From a virus, in the IMG/VR virus record IMGVR_UViG_3300032323_003899, positions 6,818-70,817 of that record: 64,000 nt of DNA; one strand, written 5' to 3'. The notes beneath the pieces were generated by a model, which saw nothing but the letters and a program-made list of their open reading frames with translations, was not told where the DNA came from and did no database searches. Below are positions 40,142 through 50,777 of the stretch, in pieces; the first letter of the stretch is position 1; each line of letters opens with the position of its first letter. A program made the translations under genes and the position numbers.

Positions 40142-41524
40142 ATGAAAAATTTCGATTACCTCGGTAATACATTTCAGTTACAACTTATCAATCAGATTAT
40201 CCTTGATAAGACATTCTCATCCACCATTATGGATGTTTTAGAAAGTTCTTACTTTGATAACAAATACTTCAAAATCATTGTACAGATGATTAAAGAGTAT
40301 TATGCAAAATATGAGTCCACACCTGCCTTTGAGACAATAGAACAAATTGTCAAATCAGAAATTCAACAAGAGTTAGTTGCTAAAATTGTTTTGGATACAC
40401 TAAAACAAATAAAATCGGCACCTTTCGAGGGAGTAACCTTTGTTCAAGAAAAAGGATTAAAGTTCTGTAAACAACAGGAATTACAGAAGGCGATGGAGAA
40501 GGCTCAAAAAATCATCAACGAAGGTGATTTCGAATCTTATGATAAAGTTGAAACTTTGGTAAGAGACGCTCTTCAAGTTGGACAAACCTCTGATGGAATG
40601 TCTGATGTGTTCTCCGATTTGGAAACCGTACTTGATGAAGACTTTAGACATCCGATACCGATGGGTATACCAGGTATCGACCGACTCCTGAAAGGTGGAC
40701 TAGCTAAAGGTGAGATTGGTGTCATATTGGCTCCTACAGGTGTCGGTAAAACAACAATTCTAACCAAGATAGCAAATACTGCATTCAATCACGGATACAA
40801 CGTACTTCAAGTATTTTTCGAAGACAATCCCAAAATTATCCAAAGGAAACATTTCACACTTTGGACGGGTATAGAACCAGATAACTTAGTTTTACATAAG
40901 GATAAAGTAATGGATAAAATCCATGAAATAAAAGAAACAATGCAGAACAGACTTGTTCTTAGAAAGTTACCATCAGATACTATGACGATGTTACAAATTA
41001 AGAATCAGGTTAGGAAGATGATTGCAGATGGAATCAAAATCGATTTGATTATGTTAGATTATATTGATTGTGTTCTCCCTGAAAATCCAAACAAAGATGA
41101 ATGGAAAAGTGAAGGTTCGGTAATGAGACAGTTTGAGGCAATGTGTCACGAACTAAGTTTAGTAGGGTGGACTGCAACACAAGGTAACAGGTCTTCGATT
41201 TCATCTGAGGTTGTAACTACCGACCAAATGGGAGGGTCAATCAAAAAAGCTCAAGTAGGTCACGTAATTATTTCTATTGCTAAAACTCTACAACAAAAAG
41301 AGATGAACTTAGCAACAATAGCAATTACTAAATCAAGGTTGGGTAAAGACGGAGTTGTATTCGAAAATTGTAAATTTAATAATGAATTATTAGAGATTGA
41401 TACTGAGTCATCTGTAACTTTCTTAGGATTCGAAGAACAACAAGAAGAAAAGAAAAGAGATAGGGTTAGAGAGTTACTTGATAAGAGAAAACAAAAAGAA
41501 CAATCAAAAAACACTTCAAACTAA
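40142..41524 (+). CDS. dnaB: DnaB-like replicative helicase (gp41-like)
   Basis: GGLAKGEIGVILAPTGVGKTT, MLDYID, WTATQGNR, KSRLG. Confidence 0.93.
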   Translation: MKNFDYLGNTFQLQLINQIILDKTFSSTIMDVLESSYFDNKYFKIIVQMIKEYYAKYESTPAFETIEQIVKSEIQQELVAKIVLDTLKQIKSAPFEGVTFVQEKGLKFCKQQELQKAMEKAQKIINEGDFESYDKVETLVRDALQVGQTSDGMSDVFSDLETVLDEDFRHPIPMGIPGIDRLLKGGLAKGEIGVILAPTGVGKTTILTKIANTAFNHGYNVLQVFFEDNPKIIQRKHFTLWTGIEPDNLVLHKDKVMDKIHEIKETMQNRLVLRKLPSDTMTMLQIKNQVRKMIADGIKIDLIMLDYIDCVLPENPNKDEWKSEGSVMRQFEAMCHELSLVGWTATQGNRSSISSEVVTTDQMGGSIKKAQVGHVIISIAKTLQQKEMNLATIAITKSRLGKDGVVFENCKFNNELLEIDTESSVTFLGFEEQQEEKKRDRVRELLDKRKQKEQSKNTSN

Positions 41525-41571
41525 ATATCTACTTTTTTTAAAAAAAACTTATTTTTTTTTAATCAAAATAT

Positions 41572-41592
41572 GGGTCGTATATTGTGCGACCC
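41572..41592. other. GC-rich hairpin immediately upstream of the nrdJ TATTTAT motif
   Basis: GGGTCGTA-tattg-TGCGACCC. Confidence 0.5.
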
Positions 41593-41650
41593 TATATTTA
41601 TAACTAAAATCACCGATTTTTTATAAAAAAACAAAACAAAAAAATTTAAA

Positions 41651-43507
41651 ATGGACATTTCAAACAGGATTCTCAGTGATATTACAGTATACATGAAGTA
41701 TGCTAAGTATATTCCTGAGTTGAACAGAAGAGAAACGTGGCAAGAACTAGTCACAAGAAACATGGATATGCATATCAAGCAATTTCCTAACTTAGAAAAA
41801 GAAATTAGAGAGAACTACATGTATGTGTTTAAAAAGCAAGTTCTCCCATCAATGAGGTCAATGCAATTTGCGGGTAAACCAATTGAGATTTCTCCAAATA
41901 GAATATATAATTGTGCTTTTGCACCAATAGATGATTGGAGAGTTTTTTCTGAAGTAATGTTCTTGTTGCTCGGAGGTACAGGTGTTGGATACTCTGTTCA
42001 AAAACATCATGTTGAAGCATTACCTGAAATTCTAAAACCAAACAAAGAAAGAAAAAGAAGATGGTTAGTTGCTGACTCAATCGAAGGATGGGCAGATGCT
42101 GTGAAAATTTTAGTAAAATCATATTTCTACGGTGGTTCTCATATTGAGTTCGATTTCAGTGATATCAGACCTAAAGGGGCAAGATTGGTAACATCAGGTG
42201 GAAAGGCACCTGGTCCACAACCTTTGAAAGAATGTCTCATCAAACTTGAAGGTATTTTAGATTCAAAAGAGAACGGTGAAAAATTAAGACCAATCGAAGT
42301 CCATGATATGGTTTGTCATATTGCAGATGCGGTATTGGCCGGTGGTATCAGAAGAGCGGCACTTATTTCATTGTTCTCAGCAACTGATGATGAAATGATT
42401 GGTTGTAAGTCAGGTGCTTGGTGGGAAACAAATCCACAAAGAGGTAGAGCTAATAACTCAGCTGTGTTGCTCCGACACAAAATTACAAAAGATTACTTCA
42501 TGGACCTTTGGAAGAGAATTGAAGCGAGCGGAGCTGGTGAACCCGGTATTTACTTAACTAACGATAAAGATTGGGGAACTAATCCTTGTTGTGAAATCGC
42601 ATTGAGACCATTCCAATTCTGTAACCTAACAGAAGTAAACGTATCAAATGTTGTATCACAAGAAGATTTTGAAGACAGAGTAAGAGCTGCGGCGTTCTGT
42701 GGAACACTTCAGGCAGGATACACTAACTTCCATTACTTAAGACCTATTTGGCAAAGAACAACCGAGAAAGACGCACTTATCGGCGTATCGATGACAGGAA
42801 TTGGTTCGGGTGCAGTATTAAAACTAGATATGAAGGCGGCATCTAAAATTGTCAAAGAAGAAAATAAAAGAGTTGCGGAACTACTTGGAATTAATCCAGC
42901 AGCAAGGACAACTACAGTAAAACCTGCAGGTACAACTTCACTTACTTTAGGTACTTCATCAGGAATTCATGCTTGGCATAACGATTACTATATTAGAAGA
43001 GTAAGAGTTGGTAAGAATGAGGCGATTTATACTTACTTGAAGGAAAATCACCCTGAGTTAGTTGAAGATGAATATTTTAGACCACATGACACTGCGGTTA
43101 TCGGTATTCCACAAAAAGCACCTGAAGGGTCAATTTTAAGAAATGAATCACCAATTCAACTATTAGATAGAGTGAAAAAGGTTCATGTTGATTGGATTAA
43201 ACCAGGGCATAGAAGTGGTAGTAACTCTCATAACGTATCTGCAACAGTTTCTATTCGTGAACACGAATGGCCGGCAGTAGGTGAGTGGATGTGGGAAAAT
43301 AGAGACCACTACAATGGACTATCGGTATTACCATATGATGGAGGAACATATATTCAAGCACCTTTCGAAGATTGCACAAAAGAAAGATATGAAGAGTTAA
43401 TGCAAACTTTACATGAAGTTGATTTGTCCAAGATTGTTGAAATGGAAGATGAAACAGATTTGAGTGGTGAGTTGGCTTGTGCAGGTGGAGCTTGTGTTTT
43501 AGTATAA
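41651..43507 (+). CDS. nrdJ: Class II (adenosylcobalamin-dependent) monomeric ribonucleotide reductase
   Basis: RRETW, YNCAF, GTGVGYSV, GGIRRAA, GTNPCCEI, FCNLTEVN, TVKPAGT, C-terminal CAGGAC. Confidence 0.92.
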   Translation: MDISNRILSDITVYMKYAKYIPELNRRETWQELVTRNMDMHIKQFPNLEKEIRENYMYVFKKQVLPSMRSMQFAGKPIEISPNRIYNCAFAPIDDWRVFSEVMFLLLGGTGVGYSVQKHHVEALPEILKPNKERKRRWLVADSIEGWADAVKILVKSYFYGGSHIEFDFSDIRPKGARLVTSGGKAPGPQPLKECLIKLEGILDSKENGEKLRPIEVHDMVCHIADAVLAGGIRRAALISLFSATDDEMIGCKSGAWWETNPQRGRANNSAVLLRHKITKDYFMDLWKRIEASGAGEPGIYLTNDKDWGTNPCCEIALRPFQFCNLTEVNVSNVVSQEDFEDRVRAAAFCGTLQAGYTNFHYLRPIWQRTTEKDALIGVSMTGIGSGAVLKLDMKAASKIVKEENKRVAELLGINPAARTTTVKPAGTTSLTLGTSSGIHAWHNDYYIRRVRVGKNEAIYTYLKENHPELVEDEYFRPHDTAVIGIPQKAPEGSILRNESPIQLLDRVKKVHVDWIKPGHRSGSNSHNVSATVSIREHEWPAVGEWMWENRDHYNGLSVLPYDGGTYIQAPFEDCTKERYEELMQTLHEVDLSKIVEMEDETDLSGELACAGGACVLV

Positions 43508-43513
43508 TAACCT

Positions 43514-43711
43514 ATGGAAAATACAAAAAAAGAAAGGGAGAATCCAAATGAGATTCTCCCTTCTGATTATTACATTGAAAATAACAGAGTAGTCTTCACC
43601 GAAGAGTATCATATTAAGAGAGGAACTTGTTGTGGTTCTCATGGTGGATGTAGACATTGTCCATACGAACCGAAAGGTGTAAAAGGAAATACAACTTTAG
43701 TTGAAAAATAA
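43514..43711 (+). CDS. Small Cys-rich protein, DUF5522-like
   Basis: DYYIEN..VFTEEYHIKRGTCCGS..CRHCPY. Confidence 0.75.
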   Translation: MENTKKERENPNEILPSDYYIENNRVVFTEEYHIKRGTCCGSHGGCRHCPYEPKGVKGNTTLVEK

Positions 43712-43731
43712 TCGTTGTATATTTATGTAAT

Positions 43732-44199
43732 ATGGCAGATGGTACTACATACGGTCTTTATTTTCCGTTCCAAGATTCGAGAAGGGGTGACTACCTAGCT
43801 TTGACAGAATTTGACCAACAGGAAATAAGGTCTGACTTAATTCATTTACTTCTAACTAGGAAAGGGTCGAGGTATTTTTTACCAACTTTTGGGACAAGAT
43901 TATATGAATATATTTTTGAACCATTTGACGGATTGACATTTAGTGCGATTGAATCTGATATCAGGGACTCGGTGCAACAATTTTTACCTAATTTGATATT
44001 GAATAATGTTTCAATAGAACCAATCACCGCTGAAGACCAAGTAGATGGGGATTATACAGGGACTGAGGGTAATCGACTTTGGGATATATATAGGGTACCA
44101 GGTAAAGGAACATACGAATATACAGCTAAAGTAAGAATAGATTACTCAATAGGTAATTCGGTGTTTTCTCAGAGTGATTTTGTAATAATCAATATTTAA
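43732..44199 (+). CDS. Baseplate protein gp25/GPW-like
   Basis: IRSDLIHLLLTRKGSRYFLPTFGTRLYEYIFEP. Confidence 0.92.
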   Translation: MADGTTYGLYFPFQDSRRGDYLALTEFDQQEIRSDLIHLLLTRKGSRYFLPTFGTRLYEYIFEPFDGLTFSAIESDIRDSVQQFLPNLILNNVSIEPITAEDQVDGDYTGTEGNRLWDIYRVPGKGTYEYTAKVRIDYSIGNSVFSQSDFVIINI

Positions 44200-44204
44200 T
44201 TAAG

Positions 44205-46043
44205 ATGGCCAATAACAAAATTTCATATACAGTCAGAGATTACCAAGGTATTCGTGCTGAGTTAGTTAATTATGTCAAACAATATTATCCTGACTTAATA
44301 CAAGATTTCAATGACGCATCTGTATTTTCAGTATTCTTAGATTTAAATGCAGCTGTTGCTGACAACCTACATTATCATATTGATAGAAGTATTCAAGAAA
44401 CAGTTCTCCAATATGCTCAACAAAGGTCTTCTATATATAATATAGCAAGAACATATGGATTAAAAATACCAAACTTGAAACCGAGTGTTTCTTTGGTTGA
44501 TTTTTCTATTACTGTACCCGTTTTTGGGGATAAAGAAGACGAAAGGTATTTAGGAACTTTAGTAAGAGGTTCACAAGTTTCAGGTGCGGGGATTGTATTT
44601 GAAAATGTTTATGATATTAACTTCGCTTCTCCTTACAATGCACAAGGTTTCCCAAATAGATTAAAAATACCAAATTTTAATTCTAATGGAATATTAATAA
44701 ATTATACAATAACAAAGAGAGAGTTAGTTGTTAATGGTATAACTAAAGTTTTCAAAAGAGTTATTTCAGCTAATGATGTTAGACCTTTCTTTGAGTTATT
44801 CTTACCTGAAAAAAATGTTTTAGGTATAACAAGCGTGTTATTGAAAAATGGTACAGATTTTACAAATGTACCGACAGCTGCTGAGTTTTTAGGTTTGGAA
44901 AATAAATGGTATGAGGTTGATGCTTTAGCCGAGGACAGAGTCTTCATTGAAGACCCAACAAAAGTATCAGACCAACCCGGTATTAAAGTTGGAAAATACA
45001 TTCAGACAAGTAACAGATTTATTTCTGAATTTACACCAGAAGGTTTTAAAAAAATGACATTTGGTGGAGGAAGTACTTCCGCACAAGAACAATTAAACGC
45101 TTTTACTAACTTAGGTGTTCCATTAACGATAAATAATTATTTCAATAACTTTGCGTTAGGGTCAACATTGACACCAAATTCAACGTTATTCGTTCAATAT
45201 AGAATCGGTGGTGGACTTGCAACTAACTTAGGTACAAATGTAATTAATCAAGTAGGTACAGTAAATTTCTATGTTAACGGACCTTCGGAGATTACAAACT
45301 CTTCAGTTATCAACTCATTAAGGTGTGTGAATATCACCGCAGCAATCGGAGGTGCAAATGCGCCAAATGTTGAAGAAGTTAGAAATTATGTATCATTCAA
45401 TTTTGCCGCACAAAAAAGAGCTGTTACAGTACAAGACTATGAGGCAATAATTAGGAATATGCCACCTGAGTTTGGTTCGCCAGCTAAGGTTTCAATAACA
45501 GAGAATAACAATAAAATTATTGTTCAAATTTTATCATATGATAGTTCAGGTAAATTGACAAATATTGTTTCTAATACTTTGAGGCAAAATATAGCAGACT
45601 ATCTTTCTAATTACAGAATGATGAATGATTATATTTCTATAACAACTGCACAGGTAATTGATTTGAGTATCGAAGTTTCAGTCGTTTTAGAAGCAACACA
45701 AAATTCGGGTCAAATCATAACTGATGTTGTAAACAAGGTTTCGGCATACCTTAACCCACAGATTAGAGAACTGGGTCAAAATGTTTATCTTTCGGAACTC
45801 AAAAGTATCATACAAAACCAAGAAGGTGTAATTACTGTTACAGGATTAGACGTTTATAATCTTGTAGGTGGACAGTATTCATCTGCAGAAACTTCTATGG
45901 CTTATGAAAATGCAGAAACAAGAAAGATACAACCCGTAGATGACACGTTGTTTGCAGAACCGAGCCAAGTATACCAAGTTAGATATCCGACCAGAGATAT
46001 CAAAGTTAGTGTCAAGAACTTCCAATCTTCAACCTTCTCTTAA
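44205..46043 (+). CDS. Baseplate wedge protein (gp6/baseplate J-like)
   Basis: RDYQGIRAEL, AQQRSSIYNIARTYG, YRIGGG, AIGGA, QKRAVTVQDY. Confidence 0.88.
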   Translation: MANNKISYTVRDYQGIRAELVNYVKQYYPDLIQDFNDASVFSVFLDLNAAVADNLHYHIDRSIQETVLQYAQQRSSIYNIARTYGLKIPNLKPSVSLVDFSITVPVFGDKEDERYLGTLVRGSQVSGAGIVFENVYDINFASPYNAQGFPNRLKIPNFNSNGILINYTITKRELVVNGITKVFKRVISANDVRPFFELFLPEKNVLGITSVLLKNGTDFTNVPTAAEFLGLENKWYEVDALAEDRVFIEDPTKVSDQPGIKVGKYIQTSNRFISEFTPEGFKKMTFGGGSTSAQEQLNAFTNLGVPLTINNYFNNFALGSTLTPNSTLFVQYRIGGGLATNLGTNVINQVGTVNFYVNGPSEITNSSVINSLRCVNITAAIGGANAPNVEEVRNYVSFNFAAQKRAVTVQDYEAIIRNMPPEFGSPAKVSITENNNKIIVQILSYDSSGKLTNIVSNTLRQNIADYLSNYRMMNDYISITTAQVIDLSIEVSVVLEATQNSGQIITDVVNKVSAYLNPQIRELGQNVYLSELKSIIQNQEGVITVTGLDVYNLVGGQYSSAETSMAYENAETRKIQPVDDTLFAEPSQVYQVRYPTRDIKVSVKNFQSSTFS

Positions 46044-46130
46044 TAGGTTTATTTATTTTCTATCCCATTTAGATTTAAGTTGGTAAGTTTTTAAAAATTT
46101 GCCCTAAACTATTTATAGATTAAAGGTCTA

Positions 46131-49100
46131 ATGGGTCAAAGCTATCGTATACGAACTGAGCTTGGGATAAATAAATCCATCAATGTTGAACTTAACCAAG
46201 ATTTCGAATTTTTAGAAATACTTTCACTTAAGATACAACAAGCGGATGTTTATACACGTTCGTGTGCTGATTATGGTGTTGTTGTAGGAAGAGTAACAGC
46301 AAATAACGGTTTGGGTATCCCAAATGCGAAGGTTTCTGTTTTTATTCCTGTAGAGGAAGAAGATTTATTAGACAACACAATTAATACAATTTATCCCTAC
46401 AGAACAATTGATGAAAAAAATGAAGATGGGTATAGATACAATCTTCTTCCATATGAAAAGTCATATAGTAAACATGCGGCGACAGGGACCTTTCCAAGTT
46501 CGAGAGATGTTCTAACAAACTCGGTTGCTTCAAAGATATACGAAAAATATTTCAAATTTACTGTCAAGACCAATGAGAGTGGAGACTACATGATATTCGG
46601 AGTTCCTTTAGGATTCCAAAGACTTGTTATGGATGTTGATTTGTCGGACATGGGTGAATTCTCACTTACACCACAAGACCTAATAAGAATTGGAAGAGCA
46701 ACAGAAAATCAAGTTAGTGGAAACGAATTTAGGACTTCGACCGATTTGAATTCTTTACCCCAAATCGTTAGATTAACAAAAATAGCCGAAATATCTCCTT
46801 TATGGGGAGAACCTGAAATTTGTCAAATTGCAGTAAACAGAATTGACTTTGATTTGAGAGACGATGCAAATATAGATATTCAGCCCACATCGGTTTTTAT
46901 GGGGTCTATGTTTTCGACTGCAGATAAATTTAGGTTGAGAAAAAATTGCAAACCAAGAGATAATATGGGTAATCTTTGTGACTTGGTGTCAGGACCGGGA
47001 CAAATTTTAGCTATTAGGCAAACAATCAGACAAGATACAAACGGAAACCCTATATTAGAACAATATCAGTTAGAACAATCTGGAAATGTAATCGATGAAG
47101 ATGGAACATGGTTGACTGAATTACCGATGAACTTGGATTATATCATTACTAATGAGTTTGGTGAAAGAGTTATATCATTTGACCCGAATGTGGGAGTTCC
47201 AACAAAGGCTAAGTATAGATTTAAAATTAAGTGGCAACAATCGAGAGAACTCACTGCTCAAGTTAGAAGACCTTATTATTTAGTTCCCAATATTAAAGAA
47301 TATGGATGGACTCAAAATCCAAACGATGACCCTTCAGATGACCCAATAAATAGTGACAGATACAAACAACAACGTAGTTCTTATTATTTTGGGTTGGATT
47401 GGACTGGTTATACTGAAGGACTATCAACAACAGAATCAAATAATAAAATAGATTCAATTGTTAATTGTGAAGATACTTTCTATGAATTTAATTTCAATAG
47501 AGTTTATACTGTTGCAAGTTTAATAGACCAGTATAAACAAGGAGGTAGAGCTAGATTCATAGGTATTAAAGAAATTGATGACGATAGTTGTTCGAGTACT
47601 GTAAATAAATTTCCCGTTAATGAGGGATTTAAAAATTTTGATTTTTTATACTTTTTATTCTCGTTAATTTTTCAGAACCTCCAATTTATTGGGTTAGCCT
47701 TTTTATTAGTTGCACATTTTACCGTAGGATTGATTTATCAGATAATAAATGGTATCAGGATATTAACTTTTCGAAAACCCAAGAAAGGGGGATTACCAAT
47801 AAGATTACCTATGGTAACTTATCCAAATTGTGATGCTTGTGAGTGTAGACCCGCAAGTACAGATGGATTAGGCGTTGTAATATCTTCAGAAGGGCAATTA
47901 TCACCTCTCTCGGACCCGAATAGATATTATGAGATTTGGTTCAATAAATTAGTTGCTGCTGGTAGCGACTCAACAAACGCAACGGCAATTGCAAGTATAT
48001 ACTCACAAGCAACTGGAGGTAATATTGATGGCACTGACCCAACAGTTTACAAGATACTTTACTCTAACGTTCAAGAGGGTGAGGATGATAAATTTAGGGC
48101 ATATAGTCTTGATTTACCCTTCGGAGAAAGAATAAATATTTTCAATAGTAGAGTATCGTATTTTTCAAACCTCAATAGGGTGAAAGTCAGTTTTGCTGTT
48201 GACCATTCAAACAACACATCGACATTTCACTTAGATAATACTGTAACAGTTTTAGCAACGAATCCATATGAAGCTGGTACAGTTCTTACAACAGTAAATC
48301 CACAAACCTCTTTAGACCCCAACTTCAATTTTACAGGAGTTACTGGTGATTTTGGTATAACAGGTAATACCGTCGTAGGACCGAATACAATAAACGTTCG
48401 ATACGCAAACCCTTCGAATCAACTACAAGAGATAACGACAAGTTATAATTTACCATCAGGGTCAACAATAGACAACTATTCTTATCCAAGTGACAGGGAA
48501 TATTTTCAGGTTATTACGGCAATTACTGTGAGTGAATATTTTAAATTAACAGGACAGACACAAATACCTCAAGTTCAAACATTACCGAAAGTTTTAGATT
48601 CTACAATAACTATATTTCCCGAAATCAAAGGGGGATTGGGGTGGAGAACATTCCAAACAGCGTCATTTGCAAGACAGCCAATAAAATTGAGAGAACTTTA
48701 TGAGGATTTTGATAACCAATACGTAGTAATCTTACAAAGAGGGGTAGACCCTTATTCACCAAGATATACAAATCGTTATAATTTGGGTGTTCTATTCGGT
48801 TCTACAATTGATGACCCGAAATATGTTGTTACAGCATCTACCAAATTAAATATACCGATACAGAAATTGAACTCACCGAATTCAAGTTTGCAATCGTTCA
48901 CACAAAACGACATGTTTTATAATTCTTATTTCTTCACACCTGGCTCACAATATTCTGCATTTACTTCCAATACGGTTTATTATTATGGTTTTGCATATTC
49001 TGATGGTGGTGCATTTGTTAGTAATCAAAATTACTATGGCGCTTTAGGAGTTAGCCCTTCAACTAGTTATCAATATTCTATTACACAAACACCAACAAAA

Positions 49101-50777
49101 TATGATTCGGCTGAAGATATAAACGCTAATGCTTCCTACACTAGTAATGGTATTGGGGGAAATTCGTTCAGTCGATATTATTCGTATGTCACATATTACT
49201 TTCCAGCTATACCACCTTTTCAATTCTCAGACAAAACGAAAAATGTAATGAGAACTGATAGATTACCGTCTTCAGACCAATTAGATGGAGTAGGTACAAA
49301 TAGCACCGCATTTTTACTTCAACAGAATAGAGCATTTGCTTTCTACGAGGTTCCCGATGAAGGAGAGGGTACTTTAGTTCCTATATACAGTACGGGTTTC
49401 CAAGAAGTACCACCAGATGTCGAAGGTTTACCGGACGTGAATGTTCTGAGTAGTTTCGATTGTGATAACATGGTTCAATTCAACTGTTACACGGGGTACA
49501 GTAATAATTTTGGTATATCTTCAAATTGTGTTCAAAACGATAATGTTGAAAAAGGTTGTTATGTATTTTTTACACGACCATTATTTGGTGTCGGTAGAGA
49601 TATAAGACTTTTCTCAGAGTGGGGATATAGATTCAGATTTTTCTATGCCTTGTGTCGTGGAGTTCTTTCACAAACTTTCACAAACAATTGGGTCAATGGT
49701 GCGTTGTATGCTTTCCCAATCCAAGTTGACACATTTTATAATAGCCAAAACAAAGTTGGTGATGTAAAATATTGTGCGGATGTTGTCTATTATGAAAAAG
49801 TGAGTAATAATTTTTACTTTAGGAGTAGTCCTTATAACGGACAAAAGTTCATTGGTAAGCCAAATCCTGTTGGGGACGCAACAATGGTCAACCAAACAAA
49901 TCTCCTTTTTCCTACGACTATTGTAGATTTAGGTTATAAAGATTCATTCTATGGAGAAATAAGTTTTGACCCTTCATCTGATGCGTATATCATGACAGAG
50001 TTGAACCCAACCAGTTATTCGGACACATCAGATATTATAAACTTTTTTGTAATATCTAGAATCATAAATAGTAGTTTCTTATCGAGATTGATAGGTAACT
50101 CGGCTATAAATGAACTTTTTACTAGAAATGAAAATTTCTTGGGGAATAAAAGAAGGGTTGATGGGGACTTAGCACAACTCCTTTCTATAAATTCGGAGGA
50201 AGGAGTTATTAAGTTTTCACCTGAATATTATAGTGTTGATGCCGGACAAGAAAGTCCATTAGGTTATTATGGTACTCCTTCTCGACCTACGGTGGGAATA
50301 TTCTTTTCATCAACTACAGAAAACCTACAATTCAAAGACTTTATAACACCAGGAAGAATTAATTTCAGACCGACACCAACCCATACTTCGGCACCATTTT
50401 CTTACGGAATTAAATCACAAATGGTACCATTCTACAGATGGAGTTTAACTCGTAATGACCAAATATTCGGAACAGAGATTAACAATTGGGCAACTTCGAG
50501 AAACGATTTAGTTCAATACCAATATCAATCTTTAGATAGAACAAATCCTGAACATTACTTTTTAGCTAGAGGTTTACAAAATGATTTGAGTGAGAGAGGT
50601 TATATTTTCAATGTTAATGGTGACACAATCGACCAGTATAGTCAAGACTATAGGCCTGAGGGTCCTTATTATAGTAATAGATTTATTGTGGGGGCACCTT
50701 TTCATTTTTACTTTGGAACAACAGTAGGTGCAACTGCATTGGATAAGTTTAAAACAAAATACTCTGTAGATGAATAG
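46131..50777 (+). CDS. Large putative virion protein with a carboxypeptidase-regulatory-like N-domain and a hydrophobic segment
   Basis: GVVVGRV..GIPNAKVS, TNESGDYMIFGVP.G; located in the baseplate operon. Confidence 0.6.
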   Translation: MGQSYRIRTELGINKSINVELNQDFEFLEILSLKIQQADVYTRSCADYGVVVGRVTANNGLGIPNAKVSVFIPVEEEDLLDNTINTIYPYRTIDEKNEDGYRYNLLPYEKSYSKHAATGTFPSSRDVLTNSVASKIYEKYFKFTVKTNESGDYMIFGVPLGFQRLVMDVDLSDMGEFSLTPQDLIRIGRATENQVSGNEFRTSTDLNSLPQIVRLTKIAEISPLWGEPEICQIAVNRIDFDLRDDANIDIQPTSVFMGSMFSTADKFRLRKNCKPRDNMGNLCDLVSGPGQILAIRQTIRQDTNGNPILEQYQLEQSGNVIDEDGTWLTELPMNLDYIITNEFGERVISFDPNVGVPTKAKYRFKIKWQQSRELTAQVRRPYYLVPNIKEYGWTQNPNDDPSDDPINSDRYKQQRSSYYFGLDWTGYTEGLSTTESNNKIDSIVNCEDTFYEFNFNRVYTVASLIDQYKQGGRARFIGIKEIDDDSCSSTVNKFPVNEGFKNFDFLYFLFSLIFQNLQFIGLAFLLVAHFTVGLIYQIINGIRILTFRKPKKGGLPIRLPMVTYPNCDACECRPASTDGLGVVISSEGQLSPLSDPNRYYEIWFNKLVAAGSDSTNATAIASIYSQATGGNIDGTDPTVYKILYSNVQEGEDDKFRAYSLDLPFGERINIFNSRVSYFSNLNRVKVSFAVDHSNNTSTFHLDNTVTVLATNPYEAGTVLTTVNPQTSLDPNFNFTGVTGDFGITGNTVVGPNTINVRYANPSNQLQEITTSYNLPSGSTIDNYSYPSDREYFQVITAITVSEYFKLTGQTQIPQVQTLPKVLDSTITIFPEIKGGLGWRTFQTASFARQPIKLRELYEDFDNQYVVILQRGVDPYSPRYTNRYNLGVLFGSTIDDPKYVVTASTKLNIPIQKLNSPNSSLQSFTQNDMFYNSYFFTPGSQYSAFTSNTVYYYGFAYSDGGAFVSNQNYYGALGVSPSTSYQYSITQTPTKYDSAEDINANASYTSNGIGGNSFSRYYSYVTYYFPAIPPFQFSDKTKNVMRTDRLPSSDQLDGVGTNSTAFLLQQNRAFAFYEVPDEGEGTLVPIYSTGFQEVPPDVEGLPDVNVLSSFDCDNMVQFNCYTGYSNNFGISSNCVQNDNVEKGCYVFFTRPLFGVGRDIRLFSEWGYRFRFFYALCRGVLSQTFTNNWVNGALYAFPIQVDTFYNSQNKVGDVKYCADVVYYEKVSNNFYFRSSPYNGQKFIGKPNPVGDATMVNQTNLLFPTTIVDLGYKDSFYGEISFDPSSDAYIMTELNPTSYSDTSDIINFFVISRIINSSFLSRLIGNSAINELFTRNENFLGNKRRVDGDLAQLLSINSEEGVIKFSPEYYSVDAGQESPLGYYGTPSRPTVGIFFSSTTENLQFKDFITPGRINFRPTPTHTSAPFSYGIKSQMVPFYRWSLTRNDQIFGTEINNWATSRNDLVQYQYQSLDRTNPEHYFLARGLQNDLSERGYIFNVNGDTIDQYSQDYRPEGPYYSNRFIVGAPFHFYFGTTVGATALDKFKTKYSVDE

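Noticed and set aside
41510-41605. NrdR-box-like half sites or a cobalamin riboswitch upstream of nrdJ
   Set aside because: Only partial matches (e.g. TATATTGTG) in very AT-rich DNA. The region is too short and lacks B12-box features, and NrdR is reported absent from Bacteroidota.
6453-43507. Inteins or introns in polB, SNF2, recA, dnaB or nrdJ
   Set aside because: Protein lengths are ordinary, motifs are contiguous, and no intein termini or homing-endonuclease motifs were seen.
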